NCBI GenBank assembly: GCA_045593985.1
Contig: JAZNXR010000107.1
Coordinates: 1 to 55,230, forward strand
Direction of reading: 5' to 3'
Length of the DNA stretch: 55,230 nucleotides
Origin: Eubacteriales bacterium
GTDB taxonomy: Bacteria > Bacillota > Clostridia > Oscillospirales > CAG-272
This document shows positions 1 to 9,337 of the stretch, one piece after another. The position numbers and the translations under genes were made by a program. Position 1 is the stretch's first letter, and each line of letters begins with the position of its first letter. The notes below the pieces were generated by a model. It saw only the letters and a list, made by a program, of their open reading frames with translations. It was not told where the DNA came from and did no database searches.

Positions 1-1629
1 AACGATCATCTTATCTTTGACGTCGGTCATCAGTCCTATACTCACAAGATACTGACGGGCAGACGAGAGGGCTTTGATAAGCTCCGTCAGCGCGGCGGAA
101 TGTCGGGCTTTACTAAACGCGAGGAGAGCGAATTCGACTGCTTCGGCGCAGGTCACAGCAGTACGTCGGTATCTGCCGCTATCGGCTTTGCGGAAGCCGA
201 GAGAATGAACGGAAGCGATAAATATACCGTTGCGGTTCTCGGTGACGGCGCCTTTACGGGCGGAATGGTACACGAGGCGCTCAACAACTGCCGACGCGAC
301 CTGAAGCTTATCATAATCCTGAACGAAAACGAGATGTCGATCTCGAAAAACACCGGTGCATTTGCTTCCCTTATTGCGAAAATCCGTGCATCGAAAAACT
401 ATTATAGAAACAAAAGACGTACAGTTAAGGTCATTAAAAAGATACCGCTTGTCGGTAAGGGGCTTTTCGGGCTGATCAAGAAGATCAAGCAGGGTATCAA
501 GAACAAGCTTTACAAGAGTAATTATTTCGAGGATCTCGGACTGTATTATCTCGGCCCTGCCGACGGTAATGACGAGGTATGCGTTGAGCGCCTCTTGAAC
601 GAGGCGAAAAACGCTGCTCAAAGCACCGTCATTCACCTTCGCACGGTGAAGGGAAGGGGCTATATGCCTGCCGAAAGAGATCCCGGTGCATTCCACAGCG
701 TTTCCCCCAAGGGTACGGCTAAGGAAAAGAACTTTTCTACCAGAATGGGCGAGATTCTGACCGAGCTTGCTTCGGGCGATGAAAAGATTTGTGCCGTGAC
801 CGCCGCCATGGCATCGGGAACGGGACTTACCGTTTTTGAAGAAAATCATAAGGACAGATTTTTTGACGTCGGAATTGCCGAGGAGCATGCGCTGACCTTT
901 TGCGCGGGGCTTGCGGCAAACGGCTACAAGCCGTATTTCGCGGTCTATTCCTCGTTTTTGCAGAGAGGATACGATAATCTTATTCACGATATTGCCCTGC
1001 AAAATCTGCCTGTCACGGTGCTTGTCGACCGTGCGGGGATAAGCGAGGGTGACGGTGCAACGCATCACGGAATTTTTGACGTGTCATTCCTTATGCAAAT
1101 TCCAAATGTGTCGGTCTTTGCTCCTGCTTCGTTCAGCTCTCTTGAGCGTATTATGAAAATGACAGCGGATATAGATTCCCCCGTTGCGGTAAGATATGCA
1201 AACTGCGGCGACAGTCGGGATTTTCCCGTGTTTTCGCCTGTTTCGGATTTCGTTTACAAGAATTTTGACAGCGAGCCTGAAAATGTCATAATTACATACG
1301 GGAAAATCGTGTCGGAAGCGCTTAAGGCAGCAAGAAATCTGCCCTCCTGCGGCGTTGTACTTATTGAGCAGATCAAGCCTGTGACGCCGATCTGTGAGGT
1401 TCTGAATACGGTACTTCCGAAGAACGTAAAGAATGTCGTTTTCCTTGAAGAAGGGGTTAAAAACGGCGGTGCGGGAATGGTATTTTCGTCTGAAATTTCG
1501 CTCCCCTCGGGTTGCCGTTACATTCATCTCGGAATCGATGACGTTTTTGATACGCCTTTGGCGACGGGAAATATTTATTCCGATTTCGGCATAGGTGCCG
1601 ACGATGTAATCAATGCACTGAAAAATTGA
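1..1629 (+). CDS. dxs: 1-deoxy-D-xylulose-5-phosphate synthase, 5' end outside the window
   Basis: Frame 1 is open from base 1 (NDHLIFDVGHQSYTHKILTGRR...). It carries the TPP-binding motif GDGAFTGGMVHEALN and the DRAGISEGDGATHHG motif. Length and domain order fit Dxs. Confidence 0.93.
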   Translation, partial: NDHLIFDVGHQSYTHKILTGRREGFDKLRQRGGMSGFTKREESEFDCFGAGHSSTSVSAAIGFAEAERMNGSDKYTVAVLGDGAFTGGMVHEALNNCRRDLKLIIILNENEMSISKNTGAFASLIAKIRASKNYYRNKRRTVKVIKKIPLVGKGLFGLIKKIKQGIKNKLYKSNYFEDLGLYYLGPADGNDEVCVERLLNEAKNAAQSTVIHLRTVKGRGYMPAERDPGAFHSVSPKGTAKEKNFSTRMGEILTELASGDEKICAVTAAMASGTGLTVFEENHKDRFFDVGIAEEHALTFCAGLAANGYKPYFAVYSSFLQRGYDNLIHDIALQNLPVTVLVDRAGISEGDGATHHGIFDVSFLMQIPNVSVFAPASFSSLERIMKMTADIDSPVAVRYANCGDSRDFPVFSPVSDFVYKNFDSEPENVIITYGKIVSEALKAARNLPSCGVVLIEQIKPVTPICEVLNTVLPKNVKNVVFLEEGVKNGGAGMVFSSEISLPSGCRYIHLGIDDVFDTPLATGNIYSDFGIGADDVINALKN

Positions 1630-1645
1630 AAGCAGAGGATGCGTT

Positions 1646-2869
1646 ATGAAAAGATTTTTGGCGTTTATTCTTATGGCAGTTATTGCACTTTCGCTTTTTG
1701 CCTGCGATGACGGAGGCGAAAACTCACATATTCACGAATGGGGCGAGTGGGAGCAGAAGAATGCGCCTACCTACGCAGAAGCGGGCGAAGAGGTGAGAGC
1801 CTGCAAGGGTTGCTCCGAGACCGAAAGTCGCGAGGTTGCGGCTTTGTTGATAGAGGATGCTCTTAAAACCTATCCGAGAGCGATAGAGTCCCTTCCGTTT
1901 TTCGATACCGTCACCGAGCTTGACGCTTACGATATCGTTGTTTGGTGCAAGGAAAGCGTACAGGCGGCGAAAACCTACAGCCTTTGGGACGAGTTGCTTT
2001 GCGTTGACGTCATCAGCCATCACTACGATAAAAATGAGTTTGACAAGATAACGAACAAGTATTTCGGACATTCTTGGGATTACAGCACTATTGAAAATGC
2101 CAATGATTTTGATAAAGCCGAATATAGCTACGATGCTGAGGCTGAGACGGTAGTAATCACAATTATGGGTGCATACGGCGGCCCATCTGACGGCGATTCG
2201 TCCGACCTTGAATACAAGGGATATACAGAGATCGATGCTACTCATTTTGAGGTTACCTACACTCGTTACTTCTATAAGCAGAACGGCGAAAAGGAGCTTG
2301 ACGACGTGAAGATCGGAGTTGAGCTTAAGGACGGTATGCCCTTTGTTACCTCGCATAAGCGAGTTGAGCCGACTCTTGACGATCTGTTTAAGAATTACCC
2401 CTACGTTCTTATGCCTGATGAGGTAACGGCGCTCGGATTCTTTGATTCGGTAAACGAGCTTACCGCAGGTAAGGTCTTTATGCTCGCTCAGGATCAAGTT
2501 TACGCCGACGGAACTAAGAACGACGGCAACACGAGGATATTCAAGGTCGAAACGCTTAACGCTTATACGACAAAGTATTTCGGACGCAATTTCGATTACT
2601 CGACTGCCGTAAAGGACAACGGAAGCGAGAAGATCGAGTATAATGCCGATGCAGGTGAGGTTTATCTTACCCTTGCGGGCGGCATGGGCGGAATGGGCTT
2701 CGAGCATGAATACGTCGGCTACGAGAAGATAGACGATACTCATTTCGTTGTTAGCTACAAGACCAACTACGACGGCGCGCCGAATTACGATTATTCGGTC
2801 AAGAGCGCAAAGATGGAGATTGAGCTGATAGACGGTAATTACGTTATCGTTTCCAATAAAAAGGTATAA
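1646..2869 (+). CDS. Lipoprotein of unknown function with two tandem ~170-aa internal repeats
   Basis: Signal peptide with lipobox LSLFAC. SD-like GAGGA sits upstream of the ATG. Repeat pairs include NKYFGHSWDYST / TKYFGRNFDYST and YKGYTEIDATHFEVTY / YVGYEKIDDTHFVVSY. Confidence 0.8.
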   Translation: MKRFLAFILMAVIALSLFACDDGGENSHIHEWGEWEQKNAPTYAEAGEEVRACKGCSETESREVAALLIEDALKTYPRAIESLPFFDTVTELDAYDIVVWCKESVQAAKTYSLWDELLCVDVISHHYDKNEFDKITNKYFGHSWDYSTIENANDFDKAEYSYDAEAETVVITIMGAYGGPSDGDSSDLEYKGYTEIDATHFEVTYTRYFYKQNGEKELDDVKIGVELKDGMPFVTSHKRVEPTLDDLFKNYPYVLMPDEVTALGFFDSVNELTAGKVFMLAQDQVYADGTKNDGNTRIFKVETLNAYTTKYFGRNFDYSTAVKDNGSEKIEYNADAGEVYLTLAGGMGGMGFEHEYVGYEKIDDTHFVVSYKTNYDGAPNYDYSVKSAKMEIELIDGNYVIVSNKKV

Positions 2870-2893
2870 AAACCGAGCTTCATTAAAAAATGA

Positions 2894-2930
2894 ACGGGAG
2901 CTGAGAAATCGGCTCCCGTTTTTGTTTTTT
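2894..2930 (+). terminator. Rho-independent terminator
   Basis: Stem ACGGGAGC (2894-2901) pairs with GCTCCCGT (2912-2919), followed by a T-run to 2930. Confidence 0.8.
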
Positions 2931-2934
2931 AATC

Positions 2935-2963
2935 TTGACTTTCTATATAATGTATGTTATTAT
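2935..2963 (+). promoter_or_regulatory. Sigma-A type promoter of the dlt-like operon
   Basis: TTGACT (2935-2940), 17-nt spacer, TATTAT (2958-2963). Confidence 0.5.
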
Positions 2964-3015
2964 ACTGTGGGTGTCTTTGGACACAATGTTTTTTAGTGCT
3001 ATTGGAGGATCAAAG

Positions 3016-4548
3016 GTGTCTTCAAAGAGAATACATAACGTACTGGCTTATCTTCGTGAGATCGTTCCCGAAAAGCCGAATAAGATCGCTTTTTCCGACG
3101 GAGAGCTTTCCCTTTCCTTTAAGGACGTTTATGACAGAGCATCAAGCATTGGCTCGTATCTTAACGAAAACGGAATCTACAAGCGCCCTGTCGTTGTATT
3201 TATGAGAAAGTCCCCCTGCGAGGTAACTGCGTTTTTCGGAGTTATCAGCGGCGGATGCTTCTATGTTCCGATCGACGAGGAAATGCCCCGTGACAGAATA
3301 CAGCTTATCCTGAACAACGTCCGTTCTCCTCTCGTTATCTGCGATAGCGATACTGTCTCCGTCGCTTCGAATTTCGATATTCCCGACGGTAAGGTCGTGC
3401 TTTACGACGATATTATTAAGACCGAGGCGAATTTTGCCGCACTTGACGATATCTATGACCGTTCGCTTGATATTGATCCCATTTATATCGTCTTTACATC
3501 CGGCTCTACGGGAATCCCGAAGGGAGTTGCCGCTTGTCACCGTTCGGTAATTGATTATATCGAGCAGCTTTCCGAGGTGCTTTCCTTTAACGAAAATACG
3601 GTATTCGGAAATCAGACGCCGCTATATTTCGATGCTTGTCTTAAGGAGCTTTATCCGACGCTCAAATTCGGCGCAACGACCTATCTCGTTCCGAAAACGC
3701 TCTTTTCACAGCCGGTAGCGCTTCTCGAATATCTTAACAAGCATCAGATCAATACGGTTTGCTGGGTTGTTTCGGCGCTCACTATGGTAAGTGCGTTCGG
3801 CACCTTTGAGATAATCAAGCCTGAATATCTGCACACCGTTGCATTCGGCTCCGAGGTGTTCCCGATAAAGCAGTTCCGACTTTGGAAAGAGGCTCTGCCT
3901 GATGCATCCTTCACCAATCTTTACGGCCCGACCGAGGGAACCGGTATGTGCTGCTACTTCCACGCAGACCGTGATTTTGCCGACGGCGAAGCGATCCCGA
4001 TAGGAAAGCCATTCCGCAACCGTGAGATCCTTCTTCTCAAGGATGACGGAACTCTTGCCCGTGACGGCGAGGAGGGTGAAATTTGTATTCGCGGCACTGC
4101 CGTTACGCTGGGATATTATAACGATCCCGAGCGCACCGCAGGCGCATTCGTGCAGAATCCTCTGAATACCGCTTATCCCGAGGTCATCTACAAAACGGGA
4201 GATATGGCAAAGTATAACGAGCGAGGCGAGCTTGTCTTCGTTTCTCGCCGTGACTATCAGATAAAGCATATGGGACACCGCATCGAGCTTGGCGAGATCG
4301 AGGTCTCTGCGAATATGATAGATGCAGTTCAGATGGCTGCCTGCATTTACGACAAGACGAAGGGAAAGATCGTTCTTTTCTACGTCGGTACCTGTACCGA
4401 AAAGGAGCTTACGGTTGCCCTTAAGGAGCGTTTGCCCCGTTATATGATACCCAACAAGCTCATTCGTCTTGAAACTATGCCGTTGACGGCAAACGGAAAG
4501 CTCAACCGTGTTGAGCTGAAAAACAACTTCGAAAATAATATTTACTGA
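3016..4548 (+). CDS. DltA-family adenylation enzyme (amino acid--carrier protein ligase)
   Basis: Adenylation core motifs are present: FTSGSTGIPKGV, YGPTE, YKTGD, GRRDYQIKHMGHRIELGEIE, and the terminal NGKLNR Lys. The proposed GTG start at 3016 lies 7 nt after GGAGG (3004-3008). The ORF itself is open from 2935. Confidence 0.85.
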   Translation: MSSKRIHNVLAYLREIVPEKPNKIAFSDGELSLSFKDVYDRASSIGSYLNENGIYKRPVVVFMRKSPCEVTAFFGVISGGCFYVPIDEEMPRDRIQLILNNVRSPLVICDSDTVSVASNFDIPDGKVVLYDDIIKTEANFAALDDIYDRSLDIDPIYIVFTSGSTGIPKGVAACHRSVIDYIEQLSEVLSFNENTVFGNQTPLYFDACLKELYPTLKFGATTYLVPKTLFSQPVALLEYLNKHQINTVCWVVSALTMVSAFGTFEIIKPEYLHTVAFGSEVFPIKQFRLWKEALPDASFTNLYGPTEGTGMCCYFHADRDFADGEAIPIGKPFRNREILLLKDDGTLARDGEEGEICIRGTAVTLGYYNDPERTAGAFVQNPLNTAYPEVIYKTGDMAKYNERGELVFVSRRDYQIKHMGHRIELGEIEVSANMIDAVQMAACIYDKTKGKIVLFYVGTCTEKELTVALKERLPRYMIPNKLIRLETMPLTANGKLNRVELKNNFENNIY

Positions 4549-4563
4549 AAAGGATAAAAAATC

Positions 4564-4794
4564 ATGGAAAAGCTTCTTGAAATTCTTACCGACCTTCACT
4601 CCGACGTTGACTTCGAGACCGAAACAAGCCTTATTGATGACGGAATCCTCGATTCTATGGACATCATCAGCCTTATCACCGAGATAAGCGACGAGTATGA
4701 CGTTACCATTACCGCAAAGGACATTATCCCTGCAAACTTCAACTCTGCGGCAGCGCTTTACGCACTTATAGAAAGACTTTCCGACGAGGACTGA
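4564..4794 (+). CDS. DltC-like acyl/aminoacyl carrier protein
   Basis: 76 aa, acidic. It has the phosphopantetheine-attachment motif GILDSMDIISL and lies directly downstream of the adenylase. Confidence 0.85.
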   Translation: MEKLLEILTDLHSDVDFETETSLIDDGILDSMDIISLITEISDEYDVTITAKDIIPANFNSAAALYALIERLSDED

Positions 4795-4802
4795 TTTAAC
4801 TA

Positions 4803-6395
4803 ATGCTTTTTACTTCGTATGAATTTTTGGGATTTTGCGCAGCTCTTTTGCTGCTCTATTACATAATCCCGAAAAAAGCGCAGTGGCCTCTGCTTCTTAT
4901 CGCAAGCTATGCGTTCTATTTTATAGCAGGCCCGCAGTTTATTCCTTTTATTGTCGCAACTACCTTGACTGTTTATGCTACTGCCCGCATTATGCAGAGC
5001 ATATCTGACAGTCAGAGCAAGTATTTAAAGGCGCATAAGGAAGAGCTGTCAAAAGAGGAAAAGAAGATATTTAAGGACAAGCAGAAGAGAAAAAAGCTCT
5101 TTTGGTTTGTCCTTTGTCTGCTTCTTAATCTCGGTATTCTGGCGACCGTCAAGTATGCGAATTTCTTTATCGGAAATATCAATTCTGCGTTGATAAGCTT
5201 CGGCTCGAAGAACGTACTGTCGTTCGTCAATATGATCGTTCCGCTCGGAATATCGTTCTACACCTTCCAGTCGATAGGTTATCTTATCGACGTTTACCGC
5301 GGAACGGTAAAGGCTGAGAAGAACGTATTTAAATATGCGCTTTTCGTCTCCTTCTTCCCGCAGCTCGTTCAGGGCCCTATCGGAAGATACGGAGATATGA
5401 GTCAGACGCTTTACGAGGGACATAAATTCGACAGTAAGCAGGTCGGATTCGGTCTTGAAAGAGTCCTTTGGGGTTATTTCAAGAAGGTTGTCGTTGCAGA
5501 CCGACTTTTCGTTGCGGTCAGCACGATGATAGGAGATCCCTCGACCTATAACGGCGCGTATTCAATCGTTATTATGCTGTTCTATACGATTCAGCTTTAC
5601 GCCGACTTTACAGGCGGAATCGATATTACGATAGGTCTTTCTGAGGCGATGGGAATTCGTCTGATGGAGAACTTCGACCGTCCGTATTTCTCGAAGTCGC
5701 TTAAGGAATACTGGCGCCGCTGGCATATATCAATGTGCTCGTGGTTCCGTGATTACCTTTTTTATCCCGTGTCGGTCAGCAAGCCGATGCAGGGAATTAC
5801 GAAATTCTCTAAAAAGGTATTCGGCGATAAGGTCGGAAAGCGCATTCCCGTTTACCTTTCGAGCGCCGTTGTGTGGTTTTCGACCGGTATCTGGCACGGC
5901 GCAAGCTGGAACTTCATCGTCTGGGGAATGGCAAACTTCGCCGTTCTTATGATCTCTGAGGAGTTTGAGCCGCTTTACAAGAAATTCAACGACAGATTCG
6001 CTTTTACGAAGAAATTACCATACACGGTTTTCAGAATGCTTCGTACCTTTGCTCTCGTTTGTGCGCTCAATCTTTTTGACTGCTACGCTTCGATTGCGGC
6101 GACCGGAAAGGTGTTCTTCTCGGCGTTCGGAGCGAGAAATTACAATATCTTCTTCGACGGCTCGCTTCTTAAGCTCGGGCTTACTTCGCTTGATTACATA
6201 ATCATTCTTGGCGGAGTGCTTCTTATGCTGACGGTAAGCTTGCTGAAGGAAAAGGGAAGCGTGCGTGAGCAGATATACCGTCTGCCGTACCCCGTGAGAT
6301 TTACGATATACTACGGACTGTTCCTTATCATTATCCTTATGGGTGCGTACGGAATGGGCTATGACGCAAGCCAGTTCATCTATAATCAATTTTAA
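4803..6395 (+). CDS. MBOAT-family membrane O-acyltransferase (DltB/AlgI-like)
   Basis: 530 aa, polytopic. The conserved His region WRRWHISMCSWFRDYLFYP and the overall length are typical of DltB/AlgI. Confidence 0.88.
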   Translation: MLFTSYEFLGFCAALLLLYYIIPKKAQWPLLLIASYAFYFIAGPQFIPFIVATTLTVYATARIMQSISDSQSKYLKAHKEELSKEEKKIFKDKQKRKKLFWFVLCLLLNLGILATVKYANFFIGNINSALISFGSKNVLSFVNMIVPLGISFYTFQSIGYLIDVYRGTVKAEKNVFKYALFVSFFPQLVQGPIGRYGDMSQTLYEGHKFDSKQVGFGLERVLWGYFKKVVVADRLFVAVSTMIGDPSTYNGAYSIVIMLFYTIQLYADFTGGIDITIGLSEAMGIRLMENFDRPYFSKSLKEYWRRWHISMCSWFRDYLFYPVSVSKPMQGITKFSKKVFGDKVGKRIPVYLSSAVVWFSTGIWHGASWNFIVWGMANFAVLMISEEFEPLYKKFNDRFAFTKKLPYTVFRMLRTFALVCALNLFDCYASIAATGKVFFSAFGARNYNIFFDGSLLKLGLTSLDYIIILGGVLLMLTVSLLKEKGSVREQIYRLPYPVRFTIYYGLFLIIILMGAYGMGYDASQFIYNQF

Positions 6396-6410
6396 GAAAG
6401 ATTTTTAACT

Positions 6411-7484
6411 ATGAAAACAGCCGCTAAAAAGTGGATAAAATTTATAGCTTCTGCCGTTATCGTAGTTGTGACGCTCGCGCTCCTTCAGGCGCTCCTTATG
6501 CCGAAATACTCGGTGAATAAGCCCTATGAGGGTGCGTTCGTAGCCGAATATTACGGTGAGACTAAGGATCACGACGTTATTTTCGTCGGCGACTGTGAGG
6601 TCTACGAGAACTTCTCGCCTATTGTCCTCTGGCGCGATTACGGTATAAACAGCTACATAAGAGGCAGCGCCGATCAGTATATTTATCAGTCGTACTACCT
6701 CCTTGAGGATACGCTTCGCTACGAAACTCCCGATGTCGTCATTTTCAACGTCCAGGCGCTTGATCCCGCGCGGGAAGCCAATGCCGAAGAACCGTATAAC
6801 CGAATGACGATCGACGGAATGAAATGGTCGCCTTCAAAGATAGGCGCGATCAATTCCTCGATGCTTGAGGATGAGCAGTTCCTCGATTACGTTTTCCCGA
6901 TCCTGCGCTATCACAGCAGGTGGAGCGAGCTGAACAAGAATGATTTTACCCATATGTTCAAATCGGAAAAGGTATCCCATAACGGCTACCTTATGAAGGT
7001 CGGCGTTAAGCCTGCGCAAAACGTGCCGACCGGCAGGCCGCTTCCGAGCTACGATTTTACCGAGAAGGCGTGGAAGCATCTCGATATGATGGTCGAGCTT
7101 TGCGAAAAGAAGGGAATCAAGCTTCTTCTCATAAAGGCGCCGAGCTTGTATCCTTATTGGTATCCCGAATACGATGAGCAGGTTGTCGAATATGCTAAAG
7201 AGCATGATCTTACCTACATAAACTTCCTTGATATTCAGGACGAAACCGGTATTGATTATACGAAAGACACCTATGACGGCGGTCTGCATATGAACGTCGA
7301 GGGCGCAGAAAAGCTATCGACCTGGCTCGGTAAATATCTGACCGAGACGGTAGGTCTAGCCGACAGACGAGGCGAAGAAGCCTTGTCCGAAAGATGGTCA
7401 GAAAAGATCGAGCTATACGAGAAAGACAAAACCGAAAAGTACGAAAAGTACGAAAAAGAGAAAGAAAATACAGAGGCAAAATAA
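6411..7484 (+). CDS. N-terminally anchored extracytoplasmic SGNH/DltD-like protein
   Basis: One N-terminal TM segment. Block-I-like motif FVGDCEV and block-V-like motif DGGLHMNVEGAEKL. K/E-rich tail EKYEKYEKEKE. It occupies the position after the MBOAT, as DltD does. Confidence 0.6.
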   Translation: MKTAAKKWIKFIASAVIVVVTLALLQALLMPKYSVNKPYEGAFVAEYYGETKDHDVIFVGDCEVYENFSPIVLWRDYGINSYIRGSADQYIYQSYYLLEDTLRYETPDVVIFNVQALDPAREANAEEPYNRMTIDGMKWSPSKIGAINSSMLEDEQFLDYVFPILRYHSRWSELNKNDFTHMFKSEKVSHNGYLMKVGVKPAQNVPTGRPLPSYDFTEKAWKHLDMMVELCEKKGIKLLLIKAPSLYPYWYPEYDEQVVEYAKEHDLTYINFLDIQDETGIDYTKDTYDGGLHMNVEGAEKLSTWLGKYLTETVGLADRRGEEALSERWSEKIELYEKDKTEKYEKYEKEKENTEAK

Positions 7485-7485
7485 A

Positions 7486-9327
7486 ATGTGTGGCATTTGC
7501 GGAATATTCGATAATACGGGCAGTCATCTTATAACGACTGACATGATCAATAAAATGCTGACGGCGATCCGCCACCGTGGGCCTGACGGCTCACAGGCGA
7601 AGGTTATGCCCGGTGTCGGCCTCGGCTTCAACCGTCTCAGCTTTATAGATTTAAGCGGCGGTATGCAGCCGATAACGAATGAGGACGATACGCTTACGCT
7701 TATCTGCAACGGTGAGATATTCAACTACCGTGAGCTTCGCTCCGAGCTTATCTCTCTCGGTCACGTTTTCAAAACGCAGACCGACGTTGAGGTAATTCTC
7801 CATCTTTACGAGGAGCATGGGCTTGATTTCCCGAACAAGCTGAACGGTCAGTTCGCTATCGCTCTTTATGACAAAAAGAACGATCAGCTCATTCTCGTGC
7901 GTGACCAGATAGGAATCTGTCCGCTCTTTTATACCGTTGCCGACGGGCAGGTCATTTTCTGCTCCGAGATCAAGGGGATCCTTGAATGTCCTTGGGTTGA
8001 AAGAAGGCTTAACCTTAAGGCGGTCGACCAGCTTATGAACTATCCCGGTGTTGTTTCCCCCGAAACATTTTTTGACGGAATTCAGTCGCTCCGAGCAGGT
8101 CATATGCTTGTCATCAAGCGCCACGAGGAGATAAAGGATATTGAATACTGGGATCTTATCTACTCCGCAGAGGAGGAGGATAAGGGCGAGGCTTACTATG
8201 TTGAAAAGCTTCGTGAGATGATGAAGGAGTCGATCAAGCGCCGTCTTGTCGCTGACGTTCCCGTTGGATTCTACGTTTCGGGCGGTCTTGACAGCTCGGT
8301 CGTTGCGTGCTATATCGGCAAGTTCCTTCTTGACAGCTATTATTCCTTCTCCGCTGAGATCGGCGAGGCTGACCTTGACGAAAGCCGCTTCCAGAAGATC
8401 GTTCAGGAATGTGTAAATTCCACTCACTACAAGACGAAGGTCGGTGAGGAGGAGATCTGGAAGAATCTTTACGACGTTGTTTATCATGCCGAGTCGGGAC
8501 TGAAGGAGAGCTATGACGTTGCGGCGTTTATGCTTTCGTCGCTTGTTCAGCAGTCTCCTGCAAAGGCAGTTCTTACCGGTCAGGGCTCTGACGAATTCTT
8601 CTGCGGCTACGTCGGCTATATGGTCGACCTTTTCCGCGGAATGCAGAAGGATAAGATGTCGAAGGAAGAATGCGAAATCAACGAGCTTCTTTGGGGAGAT
8701 CCTTATTTCCGTTACGAAAGAAATCATCCTGAAATCAGAAAGATTCACGAAACGGTTTACAGCGACCGCATAAGAGGCAATATCGACAGCTTCTCTGCGT
8801 TCAAAACGAGCCCGATCAATGTTGACAGGGTAAGAGGCTTGTCCTCGCAGAAGCGCCGTTCCTATATCGACTACAAGCTTCGTCTTTCCGACCACCTTCT
8901 CACCGAGCACGGCGACAGAATGTTCTTCTCTCACTCGGTCGAGGGACGTCATCCCTTCCTTGACCGTGATCTTCTTGCTTTTGTTGCGACTATTCCCGAC
9001 AAGTACAAGATGAACGGCGCGAAGGAAAAATATATCCTTAAGAAGGCAGGAGAGGGAATCGTTCCCGACGAAATTCTTAAGAGAAGAAAGTTCCCGTTCC
9101 AGGCGCCGGGTATGTCGTCGATGGTTAAGAAGGCGAACGGCGAAATCGAATTCCTTTCCGATTCGCTTATAAAGAAATACGATATATTTGACGTTAATAA
9201 AGTAAACGAAATGAAGAAGGTATATCTTGCTGACGATTTCCGTTTGATGGGCGCCTATGAGATAGATTATCTTCTCATTGTAATGACAGTAACGATGCTT
9301 TGCGAGCGCTATCAGCTCAAGGCTTAA
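7486..9327 (+). CDS. Glutamine-hydrolysing asparagine synthase family amidotransferase (AsnB type)
   Basis: N-terminal nucleophile MCGICGIF. PP-loop motif YVSGGLDSS. 613 aa. The start is 1 nt after the preceding stop codon. Confidence 0.9.
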   Translation: MCGICGIFDNTGSHLITTDMINKMLTAIRHRGPDGSQAKVMPGVGLGFNRLSFIDLSGGMQPITNEDDTLTLICNGEIFNYRELRSELISLGHVFKTQTDVEVILHLYEEHGLDFPNKLNGQFAIALYDKKNDQLILVRDQIGICPLFYTVADGQVIFCSEIKGILECPWVERRLNLKAVDQLMNYPGVVSPETFFDGIQSLRAGHMLVIKRHEEIKDIEYWDLIYSAEEEDKGEAYYVEKLREMMKESIKRRLVADVPVGFYVSGGLDSSVVACYIGKFLLDSYYSFSAEIGEADLDESRFQKIVQECVNSTHYKTKVGEEEIWKNLYDVVYHAESGLKESYDVAAFMLSSLVQQSPAKAVLTGQGSDEFFCGYVGYMVDLFRGMQKDKMSKEECEINELLWGDPYFRYERNHPEIRKIHETVYSDRIRGNIDSFSAFKTSPINVDRVRGLSSQKRRSYIDYKLRLSDHLLTEHGDRMFFSHSVEGRHPFLDRDLLAFVATIPDKYKMNGAKEKYILKKAGEGIVPDEILKRRKFPFQAPGMSSMVKKANGEIEFLSDSLIKKYDIFDVNKVNEMKKVYLADDFRLMGAYEIDYLLIVMTVTMLCERYQLKA

Positions 9328-9337
9328 GAGGTAAAAA

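Noticed and set aside
1724-2743. A 339-aa antisense ORF within the lipoprotein gene. Similar cases occur at 3706-4599, 25674-26537 and 33800-34816.
   Set aside because: Each shares triplet phase with a well-supported sense gene (checked by coordinates modulo 3). They are by-products of codon bias, not genes.
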